DNA of 64,000 nucleotides from an uncultured Planctomycetota bacterium (lineage in GTDB: Bacteria > Planctomycetota > Planctomycetia > Isosphaerales > Isosphaeraceae): NCBI GenBank assembly GCA_963845755.1, contig CAWJTV010000009.1:1-64000 (forward strand), read 5' to 3'. Under the pieces are notes generated by a model, which worked only from the letters and a program-made list of their open reading frames with translations, searched no databases and was not told the origin of the DNA. The translations under genes and the position numbers were made by a program. This document shows, in pieces, positions 1-9,569 of the stretch. The stretch's first letter is position 1. Each line of letters starts with the position of its first letter.

Positions 1-1
1 C

Positions 2-1395
2 CAGGGCTTACGCACCAGCCTGGGATATCTGAGTGTTCTGGGAAAGAGCATCTCGCCTCGATCCTACAGTCCGGCTGGTCGGGAAACGGACGTCTTTTGT
101 ACCATCGATCGCCAGGATAACTCGATCTTTTCAGGGACGTCCACACCATGACCGTCAGCTCGGATTCGGCCTCCGCTACTCCCGCCCAAGACCCGATCTC
201 ACTCCTCGATCATTTCGCCGACTTGCCCGATCCCCGCCGCGAACAGGGGCGAATCCACCGACTCGATGAGATCATTTTCATCGCCACCTTCGCCGTGTTC
301 TGCGGCGCCGACAACTGGGTGCAGATCGCCGATTATGCCCACTCCAAGAGCGACTGGCTCGAGACCTTCCTCGAATTGCCCGGCGGCATCCCCTCGCACG
401 ACACCTTTCGACGGGTCTTCTGCCTGCTCGACCCGCTGGCCTTTCAGAAGGGCTTCTCCTCCTGGATGACGGCGCTGATGGAGCGAACGGGATTGACCCC
501 CGTCGCCACCGATTCGCCCGAGCTGACGCCGATCGCCATCGACGGTAAGGCCCAACGCGGCGCGGCGCGGCGCACCGTCGGCCGCTCGGCCCTGCATGTC
601 GTCAGCGCCTGGGCGGTCGTGAACCATTTGACCTTGGGGCAAGTGGCCACCGACGCCAAATCCAACGAAATTACGGCCATTCCCGACTTGCTCGCGATGC
701 TGGACCTCAACGGGGCCGTGGTGACCATCGACGCCATGGGTTGTCAGAAAGACATCGCCGCCAAGATCATCGACGGGGGTGGCCATTACGAGCTCGCGGT
801 CAAGGAGAACCAGCCGCACCTCTACGAGGACATCGCGCGGGCGTTCGACGAGGCATTGGATCAGGGCGAGCCCGGGGTGGACTTCACTGAATGTCAGACG
901 GAAGAGATCCGCAGCGGTCGCCAGGAGACCCGGAGTTGCTGTGTGATCACCGAGCCGAAGGGGATCCGCAACCTGGGCCTTTGGGCCGGGCTGACGGCGA
1001 TCGTGATGGTGATCAGCCATCGGGTGATCCATGGTGAGGCCAGCAGTGAGACCCGCTACTTCATCAGCAGCGCGTCCCAGCCGGCGACAGAGCACCTGCG
1101 TTGGGTGCGGGGTCATTGGGGGATCGAGAACTCGCTGCACTGGGTTCTGGACGTCTGTTTCTCTGAGGATGATCAACGGCACTGGGCCGGGAACAGCGCG
1201 GAGAACTTGGGATGGCTCCGCAAGATGGCTTTGTGCTTGCTCAAGGCGGAGAAGAACAGCAAGGGCAAGAGTATCGCGACGCGCCGCCTGGTTGCGGGCT
1301 GGAAGAATGACTATCTCTTGGATGTACTGGCCCAAATCCCCGAGAAATCAACTGTACTGGCCGAAAACCCCGAGAAATCTGGTGCGTAAGCCCTG
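2..1395 (+). mobile_element. ISAs1-family insertion sequence, both ends present
   Basis: Perfect 17-bp terminal inverted repeats CAGGGCTTACGCACCAG (2-18) / CTGGTGCGTAAGCCCTG (1379-1395) enclosing an ISAs1 transposase. The left flank is cut by the window edge, so no target duplication can be checked. Confidence 0.93.
148..1389 (+). CDS. ISAs1-family DDE transposase
   Basis: 413 aa with ISAs1 motifs LPDPR, GIPSHDTF, IAIDGK, KSNEITAIP, VTIDAMGCQK, VKENQP, RGHWGIENSLHWVLDV. Confidence 0.95.
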   Translation: MTVSSDSASATPAQDPISLLDHFADLPDPRREQGRIHRLDEIIFIATFAVFCGADNWVQIADYAHSKSDWLETFLELPGGIPSHDTFRRVFCLLDPLAFQKGFSSWMTALMERTGLTPVATDSPELTPIAIDGKAQRGAARRTVGRSALHVVSAWAVVNHLTLGQVATDAKSNEITAIPDLLAMLDLNGAVVTIDAMGCQKDIAAKIIDGGGHYELAVKENQPHLYEDIARAFDEALDQGEPGVDFTECQTEEIRSGRQETRSCCVITEPKGIRNLGLWAGLTAIVMVISHRVIHGEASSETRYFISSASQPATEHLRWVRGHWGIENSLHWVLDVCFSEDDQRHWAGNSAENLGWLRKMALCLLKAEKNSKGKSIATRRLVAGWKNDYLLDVLAQIPEKSTVLAENPEKSGA

Positions 1396-2108
1396 ACGCC
1401 GGACCGCAGCGCCACCGGGCCCCGGGAGATCTTCAAGGACTTCCAGGGTTATCTCCAGGCCGACGCCTATTCGGCCTACGACGGCCTGTACAAGTCGGGC
1501 GAGATTATCGAGGTCGGCTGCATGATGCACGCGCGACGGAAGTTCTACGAGGCGCGGACCGTCAACCCGCAACGGTCCCATCAGGCGCTGGCATGGATCA
1601 GCCTGCTCTACGACGTCGAACGCGACGCCAAGAAGCGCGCGACCGCGGACTACGAGGCCTTCGTCGCGTTCCGGCACGAACTGCGAAACGAGCGATCGCG
1701 TTCGATCTTCGACAAGTTTCACGCCTGGCTGGAAGCCGAGCAGCCCAAGGTTCTGCCCAAGAGTCCGATCGGCGAAGCGATCCAGTATGCCTTGAACCAT
1801 TGGGAGGCCCTGAAGCGTCCGTTGGAGGCCGGGTTCCTCGAACTGGACAACGGTGCGTGCGCTGCGCGTTCAAGCCCGTGGCGCTGGGACGGAAGAACTG
1901 GTTATTCGCGGGGAGCGACCAGGGAGGCCAGACGGCGGCCGTGTTGATGAGCTTGTGCACGACCTGCAAGAATCTGGGGATCGACCCCCAGGCTTACCTC
2001 CGCGATGTGCTCGATCGGATCAGCACGCACCCGGCGAAGCGGATCGACGAACTGCTGCCGGACCGCTGGCAGGAGTTGCACCAGGCCGGCGCCGACGGGA
2101 CTGAGTGA
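1396..2108 (+). pseudogene. IS66-family transposase TnpC, 3' part (interrupted by ISAs1, frameshift ~1860)
   Basis: Reads TPDRSATGPREIFKDFQGYLQADAYSAYD directly after the ISAs1 right IR, then HARRKF and PKSPIGEAIQYALNHW, then in another frame ALGRKNWLFAGS...YLRDVL...ELLP. Confidence 0.9.
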
Positions 2109-2297
2109 CCGCACCCGAGCCCCGCGCTCCTCGTCACCCCGGACGAGCGCGGGGCGATTGCGCGCCGCCCTCAAGGTTTGTCCCGCCCCAAGTTCGTCTC
2201 GGCCCGGCGCGAGCGCGGGATGATCGCGTGCGCCGAGCACAGTGAAAGAATCAAGACGGTGCCCCGAACATCATCTCACGCCCGTGAACCGCTTTGA

Positions 2298-2345
2298 AGA
2301 TGTGGTTCACCGGACGCACTCAGATGTGGTTCACCGGACGCACTC
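2298..2345 (+). repeat. Perfect 24-bp tandem duplication resembling an IS66 right end
   Basis: AGATGTGGTTCACCGGACGCACTC x2. Its CCGGACGC matches the reverse complement of the IS66 end GTAGGCGTCCGG at 2624. Confidence 0.75.
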
Positions 2346-2367
2346 GCCAATACGGGATTTCGGGAAG

Positions 2368-2424
2368 GAAAAGCCTCCGCATCCGGCCCAGGATACCTGG
2401 GCCGGATGCGGAGGCTTTTCTTTT
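2368..2424. terminator. Long perfect hairpin, probable bidirectional intrinsic terminator
   Basis: 25-bp perfect arms GAAAAGCCTCCGCATCCGGCCCAGG-ata-CCTGGGCCGGATGCGGAGGCTTTTC followed by TTTT, lying between two convergent IS66 transposases. Confidence 0.7.
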
Positions 2425-2729
2425 GGGGGCGTTCGATAGCTGGTCCACCGCGGCGGTGCGACTGACCCCATGCACGTCCGCCAACTGGACGGCGAAAGCC
2501 CAGAGCGAGCGCGGAATCCGACCGCGCCCCGTTCGCAGCTGACGCCAGGCCTGAAACGGGCTCCGTCCCGAATGGCGTTAAGGCCTCCGAAGTCATTGTG
2601 CCGCATCGGGTTGTAAGCATTGTGTAGGCGTCCGGTCCTACCAGTCGCGCCGGCCGACGGACCGCACGCGGAGCGGACCGCCATGCCATCCGATTCGTGC
2701 GCCTTTCCCGACCTCGGCGTCGGTGGTCC

Positions 2730-4453
2730 TCATGCCTTCGGCCCGGCGATCGCACGACGTTCCTGCCGCGCTTCCTTCTGCCGGGTCGCCTTCCGCCGCG
2801 ACTCGTCGAGGCGGTGCTGCAGCACATGCTCCGGGTGGCTCGCGGCCCAACGGTCCGGAAGCAACGACTCCAGATCCGTCGCGCCGGCGCTCAGCTTCAG
2901 CACCACGTCGCGAAGGTACGCCCACGGCTCCAGGCGATGCCGCTTGGCACCCGCCAGGATCGTGAACAACACCGCCGCCCGCGGGCCCGCCTCGGCACTC
3001 CCCAGAAACTTCCAGTTGTTTCGTCCGATGGCCTGGAGTCGTAGCGTCCGCTCCGAGACATTGTTGTCGATCGTCAGCCGGCCATCGGTCGTGTACCGCC
3101 GCAACGCCGCCTACTGGTTGCGGGCGTAGTTCACCGCCTTGACCAGGGCCGACTTGGGCAGCATCCGCTCCTTGAGCGCGGCCAGGTAGTTCTCGATCCG
3201 ATCGAGGATCGGCACCGACTCCCGCTGGCGCAGCTCCAGCCGCGCCGCCGGCGTGAGATCCCGCGCACGATCCTCGATGTCGTAGAGCTGGCGAATCCAC
3301 TCCAGCATCTGGTTCGCCTCGCGCGGCGCATGGGACCGCGCGTCGAAGAACTTGCGGCGCGCGTGGGCCCAACACGCCACTTCGATGATCCGCCCCTGGG
3401 AGTCGAGGTAGATCCCGTCGTAGCCGCCGTAGGCATCGGCCTGGAGGAAACCGCGATAGCCCTTGAGGAACTCGGCCGGTCCGTCGCGTTCCCGGCTGGT
3501 GGTGAAGTCGTAGGCGCTGTAGGGGTGGTCGTCGTCGCCGATGTAGACCCAGAACCGGCCGGTGGAACTGCCGGGGGCCTCCCCGCCGAGGACGGTCACG
3601 GGCGTGTCGTCGGTCCAGATGATCGGCGACTGCAAGACCAGGGCCTTCTGCAGCTCGGCCAGGGGCTCGAGCAGTAAGGCGGCGTTGCGGACCCAGTCGC
3701 ACAAGGTGCTGCGGGCCAGATAAACACCGTGTCGCGTCAAGATATCTTCGAGTCGATAGAGCGGGAGATGATCGGCGAACTTGCTGACGACGACGAAGGC
3801 GACCAGGCCGGGCCCGGCGATGCCCCCCGGGACGGGCTTGGGCGGGACCGGCGGGCTGGCCACGCCGTCGCGGCAGGTGGGGCAGGCGTACTTGGGCAGG
3901 ATGTGGACGTTGACGTGGAGCTGAGCCGGGACGAACTCGAGCTCGCGGGACTCATCCTGTCCGATGCACCGCATCGGTTCGCCGCAGCAGGGGCAGGTCT
4001 TCTCCGCCTCGGACAGATCGTGCTCGACGCGGATGTGATCGAGATGGTCCAGCCGGGCCGTCGCGGCGGGCGTGCGGCCTCGGATCGCGGGGGTGCCGCG
4101 GCGTCGGCCGGGCCGGGCGAGGCCGGCTCGGGCTCGACGATGAACTCGGGGATGTCGAAGAGATGGCCTTGGCCCGGGTCCTCGAGGAAGCGTTCACGGC
4201 GCCGGCCGAAGAGGTAGCGGCGCAGCAGGGCCAAGGTCTCTTCCAACTCGGCGTGTTCTTGCTGCAACTGGTCGTATTGGGCCGCGGTCTGGTCGAGCAC
4301 GCGCTCGAGTTCGTCGGCACGGCGTTGGGCGTCGTCGGCACGCTGCCCGGCAGTCTCGGCCTGCTGCCGCAACGCGTCGTTGCGGCTCAGCAGGTCTTCG
4401 AGCAACCGCCGGCATTCCGCCGGATCGTCAGGGAGTTGCAGTGTGACGCCCAT
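2730..4453 (-). pseudogene. IS66 transposase TnpC (frameshift ~4050, TGG>TAG nonsense at 3111-3113)
   Basis: N-terminal coiled coil then LFGRRRER; zinc finger KYACPTC; SKFADHLPLYR, DDTPV, LQADAYGGY, CWAHARRKF, NQ*, IDNNVSERTLR..IGRNNW. Confidence 0.92.
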
Positions 4454-4523
4454 AACATGAATTATACTCGATCTTTCATGTTATGCAAATCCACTCCCGC
4501 CGATTTCAACCGTTTTTCTCCAC

Positions 4524-4814
4524 TCAGGCAGGTCGGCGGAACCGCCTGCGCTGGCGTGCCGTGTTCAGGTCGATACCGGACAGGAGCATGGCCAGTTGCG
4601 CCGGCTGGAGTTCGACGCCATCCCGGGTGACCGATTGGGGCATCTGGAAGCTTCCTTCCTCAAGACGCTTGTACCAGATCGCCAAACCGTCCCGGTCAAA
4701 ATAGAGGATCTTGATCCGATCCCTGCGCCGGTTGAGGAAGAGGAAGAGATGGCCGGTCAGGAGTCCCTGGTCGAAGCATTCCTGAACCAGGCCCGAAAGG
4801 CCGTCGAACGATGA
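4524..4814 (-). pseudogene. IS66 accessory protein TnpB (Orf2), 3' part
   Basis: Translation SFDGLSGLVQECF...GHLFLFLNRRRDRIKILYFDRDGLAIWYKRLEEGSF...LAMLLSGID. The N-terminus before the SFDGL motif is replaced by the end of the recombinase element. Confidence 0.9.
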
Positions 4815-4818
4815 CGCT

Positions 4819-6876
4819 TCATGATGACCTCCGTTCCAGGGTGAGTGAGAGCCGTTCGCCGCGCAACAACGCCTTCAATTGCTTGAGGACCCGCTTGTCG
4901 TCTCGGACCAGATACAACCCGATCTCCGGATCGCGATCGATGTGTAATCGCTTCTTTCGGATCATGTAGTAAGCTCATGATTTGTGTTCGCCGAGCCGCT
5001 CGACGGCTTGGCCCAGGGTGATCCACCCGGCCAGACCTTGGCGAAGGAACTCCGTCTTGCGGCTGTAGACGCCGTGTTGCTGCCGGATGCGCACGACCGA
5101 ATCGACGCTCAGACACTTCTTGAGCGGAGCATGATAGCCAGCGGCCGTCATCTCCGCGGCGATCTGCTCGTCGGATTGGCCGGCCCGCGCCCGCTGTAGC
5201 ACTTCGCACACCAACTGCTCACCGTTGGCCATCTCCCCGTACGTCACCACCGGCAGCTCGAGCATGGCCGTCGTCCAATCCCCTCCCTTCCAGACGATCC
5301 GGACCTCGCAACTGTCCCCAGCAGGCCGTTGAAGCACGACCTTGTCGATCAGGGTCCGGAGCAACTCTTTCTTGCGGATGTTGCTCAGGGCCCCCTCGTC
5401 CCACATCCGCCGCAACGTCGGGCGGACCTCGTCCAGTTGCTGGCGCAACTCATCAGTCAGAGGGTCGATCATCGCCTCGGGCGCTTGCGCCTCCTCCGCT
5501 TGGCGGAGCGCCTGTAACGCTTGCTCCCATCGCCGCTCCAGCTCGGCGGCGACGAGGCGGTTCTCGGGATCGACGAGCCGATACTGCTTCTCGGCCAGCC
5601 CGGCCTCGTACCGCAACCGCTTGAGCTGGAGGTCACGGGCCCGCCGGAGCTGCAGGCGTTGGTCCTCGAGGGCGGCGACGGCCGCGTCATAGCGGTCCAG
5701 CTCGGCGGGCGACAACGCCTCCCAAAAGCTCCGGACCACCCAGGCATCGACCGCCGGGATCGGGATCCGCTGGCACTCCGGACCACCCCCCTGTGCCTTG
5801 TGGCCGCTGCAGAGGTAGCGGGGGGCCGCGTGGTACTGCACGGTCATCTTCCTCCCGCAGTGGCCGCAGTAGGCCAGGCCTTGGAGCAAGGCGGTGCCCG
5901 ACCGAGCGACCCCGCGGCTTCGGCGATGGCTGTACTCCTGGTAGTTGTCGCGGAGCATCGCCTGGATCGTCGCGAAGGTGTCCCGGTCGATGTACGCGGG
6001 ATACTTGTCGGGGACCATGAATTGCCACTCCTCCGGAGGCAACGGGTGCTTGCGGGGCGGCCCGCCAGGGACACGCGGCAGGAACCGCGTTCGGCCGTAG
6101 ACGAAAGTCCCGGCGTAGGCCGGATTGCGGAGCAAGGCCGAGATCGCCGCGGCCGTCGGCCGTCGCCACACGATGGCACCATCGTCGCGGCCCCGCTCTC
6201 GGCGCGGTAAGAGCAGCCGAGCGGCCACCATCTCCCGGACCACGCCGTGGATCGATTTTACCCGCAAGAACGTGGCGAAGACGAAGGCGATGCGCTCACG
6301 AACTTCCTGGTCAGGATGCTGGACAACCCGCCCGGACAGGTCGCGCACCAGACCCACGGGTAGGCTCATGGCCAACTCGCCGCGGCTGGCCTTGCTGATC
6401 AGACCCGCATGCAGCCGCGTCTTGATCGTGTGAAGTTCCAGTTCCGCGATCAAGCCTTTCAGTCCCAAGATCAACCGGCCGTTGGGCGTGGCCGGGTCGT
6501 AGACCGCCTCTTGATCCCCGACGAGGCAACGGCGGTAACCGCACAGATCAAGGAGTTGATACCAATCGGTGCAGTTGCGTGCCAGGCGCGTGACATCATA
6601 GGCGAAGATGATGCCGACCTGCCCAAGATTGACGCGCGTCACAAGTTCCTGGAATCCGGGGCGACCCGCTGAGCTGCTCCCGGTGACTCCCAGGTCCGAA
6701 TCGATGATCTGGACGCTGGAAGCATCCCACCCGAAGGCGCGAGCCCGCTCGGTGAGAGCATATTGGAGTCTAAGACTCTCTTGATGATTGAGCACTTGTT
6801 GTGGGCTGGACTGGCGCGGGTAGACAACGGCCTGGCGTCGGAGATGGTCGGGCTGAATGTGCTCGGACGTAGTCAT
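4819..6876 (-). pseudogene. Large serine recombinase (resolvase + recombinase + Zn-ribbon + coiled coil + C-terminal HTH); in-frame TGA at 4975-4977
   Basis: AGGAGG RBS then MTTSEHI; Y-x-R-Q-S catalytic motif (YPRQSS), DSDLG, DVTRLARN, LRNPAYAG, LLQGLAYCGHCG, YRLVDPENRLVAAELERRWE. The frame stays open for ~50 codons past the TGA (S*AYYMIRKK...LERRSS*). Confidence 0.88.
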
Positions 6877-6973
6877 GGAGGACCTCCTGTTCAAGGATCA
6901 AGACTTCCCTGCGGATGGGCCGGCGGATCTCTTCGGAGAGGCGCCGCCACACCGACCGGGGCGCGAGACGCAT
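6770..6973 (-). CDS. Small accessory ORF overlapping the recombinase start
   Basis: 67 aa ORF (VWRRLSEEIRRPIRREVLILEQEVLHD) overlapping the recombinase RBS/ATG, an arrangement I recognise from this class of recombinase elements. Confidence 0.45.
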   Translation of the reverse strand: MRLAPRSVWRRLSEEIRRPIRREVLILEQEVLHDYVRAHSARPSPTPGRCLPAPVQPTTSAQSSRES

Positions 6974-7169
6974 CGATCACTCCCGTCGCTGAGAAGGGCG
7001 AGAAGCTGACGGAGAACGCCGGCCGTGATTCTGGTGCGTGGATTCGGGGAGGGGCAATCGGCGTAATCCGTGGAGGCGGCGGCGATGCGGAGGATAATGC
7101 CGTCTCGGTGCTCGACTTCGAAGGAGAGGGGTTCTCGTGGCGTGCGGTGTTGGACCGCCACCCGGAATG
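6898..7169 (-). pseudogene. Small accessory protein of the recombinase element (DUF5372/Y4bD-like), 5'-truncated by IS66
   Basis: FRVAVQHRTPREPLSFEVEHRDGIILRIAAASTDY...LRQLLALL resembles the small proteins found upstream of these recombinases. It is cut at the IS end at 7170. Confidence 0.45.
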
Positions 7170-8705
7170 GTACCGGTTCATAGGGCGGGATAGCTGAAAT
7201 CAAGCGGCTTTGAACTTTGGTGGAGTCGCTGGCGAGAGGGAGGGGATCGCTTGGCCGCTTCGAGCCGCCGCGAAACAGGATGTGAGGTAGTCCAGCACGT
7301 TCCGCCCCTGTTGGCGGCACGTGGCCACCACCGTCAACATTCGTTCCACGAACCGGCTTCCCTGCGCACTGTCGGTACCCCCGCTGATCCGACGCCAGAT
7401 CACCGCGTGCCGTACCGCCCGCTCCGCCGCATTGTTGGTCGGCGCCACTCCCGGAACCCGCGCGAAGGTCCACAGGCTCTCCTCGACGCGCAGGATCTCG
7501 GCGCAGGTCCCCCGCGTTCGCGGGCACTCGCAGCGCACTCCGTCTTCCAGCGCCGCTTTGACTTCGCGCCTCAACCGGACCATCGCCGTGCGGAACTGCC
7601 TCCAGTCCACTTTCTCGGCAGCGAGGCGATGCCACCACCGGAACAGCCGGTCCGACCGTCGCAACAGCGCCTTGCCGATCGCTTCGGCGTCGCCGCCTCG
7701 GTCGATCATCGCCTGGAAATCGCGGCGGAGATGACTCCAGCAGATCTGTCGGTTGGCCCCGACGATCCAGTCATAGGAGCCCAACCGGTCGGTCACCGCG
7801 ATCGAGCCCTCTTGGGTCCCCAGCACGGCCTGGGCCACCTGGGCATTACGGTTGCGGGCGATCGTGAAGACCGTGATCAGCCCGGCGACCGTCGCCCCCA
7901 GCCAGACCTTGCCCCGCTCCTGACGCCACGAGGTCTCATCGGCGTGGATCACCCCCGCCGTGTGGACCGCGGTGGCCAATTCGTTGTAGGGGGCCTCCAA
8001 CACCCCAGCCGACTGCCGCTCCAGCTTGCTGATCATCCCGGTGGAGATCGACAGCCCGAACAGGTCGCTGGCCAGTTGCTGGATCTGCCGCTTGCTCAGG
8101 CGGTAGGCCCCAGCCAAGGTGGCCAAGGTGGCCTGCAAGTCGGGGCCAAAGCTGACCGTGGGAACGCCCTCGGGCAGGGTGCCGCAGGTGGTCTCCCCAC
8201 AATCCGGGCACGCCAGGCGATGCAACCGGTATTCGTCGAACCAGGGGCTCGATCTTGGGCAGTTCGGCGACCTGATGAATCCGGGGATTGGGGTCCTCAC
8301 CGAGCAGCGCATGCCCACAGCGCCGACAGGCGCAGGGCTTGCAGTCCTGGGAGGAGCGGAGTTTCTCGGGAGGGACCAAGGCGCGAAACGCCTTGCGATG
8401 GCCGGGCTGCCCACCCCGTTTTCGCGGAGAGGGCGGAGTCGGTGGCTTTCGCTTCAGGCCGATCGGGTCGGACGAAGGCGGCTTGGACGAGTTGGTGGAA
8501 TTGAGTTGGAGCCGGGCTTGGAGATCGCGCACCGTGGCTTCCAACTCGGCAATCCGATCCTCCAGCGATTTCCAGGCAGCCCGAAGGGCAGCCTGGGCGT
8601 CCGCCGGTATGGTGTTCCAGAGGGGTTCAGGGATCGGAGGCTGCGGGTTCATATACAGTAATACGAACTGACTGTACAAAAGGTTCGAGGGGTGTGAACG
8701 GATAC
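7170..8705 (-). mobile_element. IS66-family single-ORF (ISBst12-like) element
   Basis: Imperfect IRs GTACCGGTTCA (7170) / TGAACGGATAC (ending 8705). The flanks CCGGAATG and ATCTGCGC do not match, so there is no target duplication. Confidence 0.82.
7200..8652 (-). pseudogene. IS66 transposase with DUF6444-like N-terminus (frameshift ~8240)
   Basis: LNSTNSSKPPSSD, RKRGGQPGH, CRRCG, HQVAELP; then EYRLHRLACPDCG, HADETSW, QICWSHLRRDF, PTNNAAERAVR..VIWRRIS.GT.S..G. Confidence 0.9.
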
Positions 8706-8932
8706 ATCTGCGCGTCTACGATCGGGACGTACCGATCGTGACCGGCACAGTGCGGTTCAACGACGGTTGGAGCCGGCGACTCTGGATCGATCCGGACGGC
8801 CTCTTCGAGGTGGAGCGCGATTTCGAAAAACCCGGGGAATACCAGGGCACCATCGAAGTTCAAGCCGATCCTCTCGAGCCGGTGTCCCGGAGGTTTCACA
8901 TCGTCTACCGGCCATCCGCCCTCGTTCGGTGA
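8706..8932 (+). pseudogene. 3' fragment of an unknown gene truncated by the IS66
   Basis: Open frame LRVYDRDVPIVTGTVRFNDGW...FEKPGEYQGTIEVQ...* starts at the IS end with no start codon or RBS, and has coding-like codon usage. Confidence 0.5.
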
Positions 8933-9158
8933 AGTCGCGGGAATCACGGAGTGACCGGAGTCTCCCGCGCCTTCGGCGTGGCACATCACCGCTAGGGCCT
9001 TCACGGAAGCGGCGTCCTCATCCGATGGGCTCGATCAAGTTCACAGACCGTTGGTCGTTCATCAGATCGTTCTGGGTAACCCTCCGGACTTTCCGGTAGA
9101 ATGAGGTCGGAAGCTCGACGGATGTGATCGCCACCATGACAGCCCGACCTCGGAATCT

Positions 9159-9307
9159 TAGAGCGCTCAACGGTTGGTCTGTACAAACAAGCATAATATT
9201 GATGGGATACAAGCCTGGAGCGCCAGCGAGTGAATTCCGGTGGGAATCCTCCATCTACTCGCTGGCGATTCGGGCTGGTATGCGCAATGCAAGAGTTAAG
9301 CGCTCTA
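9159..9307. mobile_element. Miniature inverted-repeat unit (TAGAGCG-end family) with REP-like hairpin interior
   Basis: Ends TAGAGCGCTCAAC / GTTAAGCGCTCTA (12/13 IR); internal inverted repeat CGCCAGCGAGT...ACTCGCTGGCG. Confidence 0.7.
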
Positions 9308-9560
9308 CAGCGGCAAACACTCGGGTTGCGCACGCGGTCGATATCGATCGGGAGACCCCCTCATCCGCCCTTCGGGCACCTTCTCCCCGGCGGGGAGAAG
9401 GGGAGGATCCGTCGCCCTCTCCCCCACGGTCCCCGTGGGAACGAGATCCAAATCCGCGGGATGTTCGAGACGTCGCGTGCCAGACCACCCCGGGTCCGGA
9501 CTCCCTCGTTCCCACGGTCCCCGTGGGAACGAGATCTCCCACCGATCGGCTGTGCGCACC
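9306..9560. repeat. Cluster of REP-like palindromes starting with a TAGAGCG-family B end
   Basis: TACAGCGGCAAACACTCGGGTTGCGCACGC at 9306; CCCTCATCCGCCCTTCGGGCACCTTCTCCCCGGCGGGGAGAAGGG; two copies of CCCACGGTCCCCGTGGGAACGAG (~9423, ~9511). Confidence 0.7.
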
Positions 9561-9569
9561 TTACATGGT

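Larger units (their letters stand above)
2624..4814 (-). mobile_element. IS66-family element (tnpB-tnpC), 5' part missing
   Basis: IS66-type end GTAGGCGTCCGG at 2624, with tnpC and a truncated tnpB. tnpA and the left end are not found in the window. Confidence 0.85.

Noticed and set aside
4524..4814. tnpB as an RNA-guided TnpB nuclease (IS200/IS605)
   Set aside because: This is the small IS66 accessory Orf2 that shares the name; it has no RuvC or Zn-finger motifs.
4975..4977. Selenocysteine or recoded TGA in the recombinase
   Set aside because: The context suggests Trp rather than Cys, TGA is a normal stop throughout the window, and no SECIS-like hairpin is evident.
9018..9158. Short minus-strand ORF remnant next to the unit at 9159
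   Set aside because: No recognisable motif or start; it cannot be distinguished from a chance ORF.
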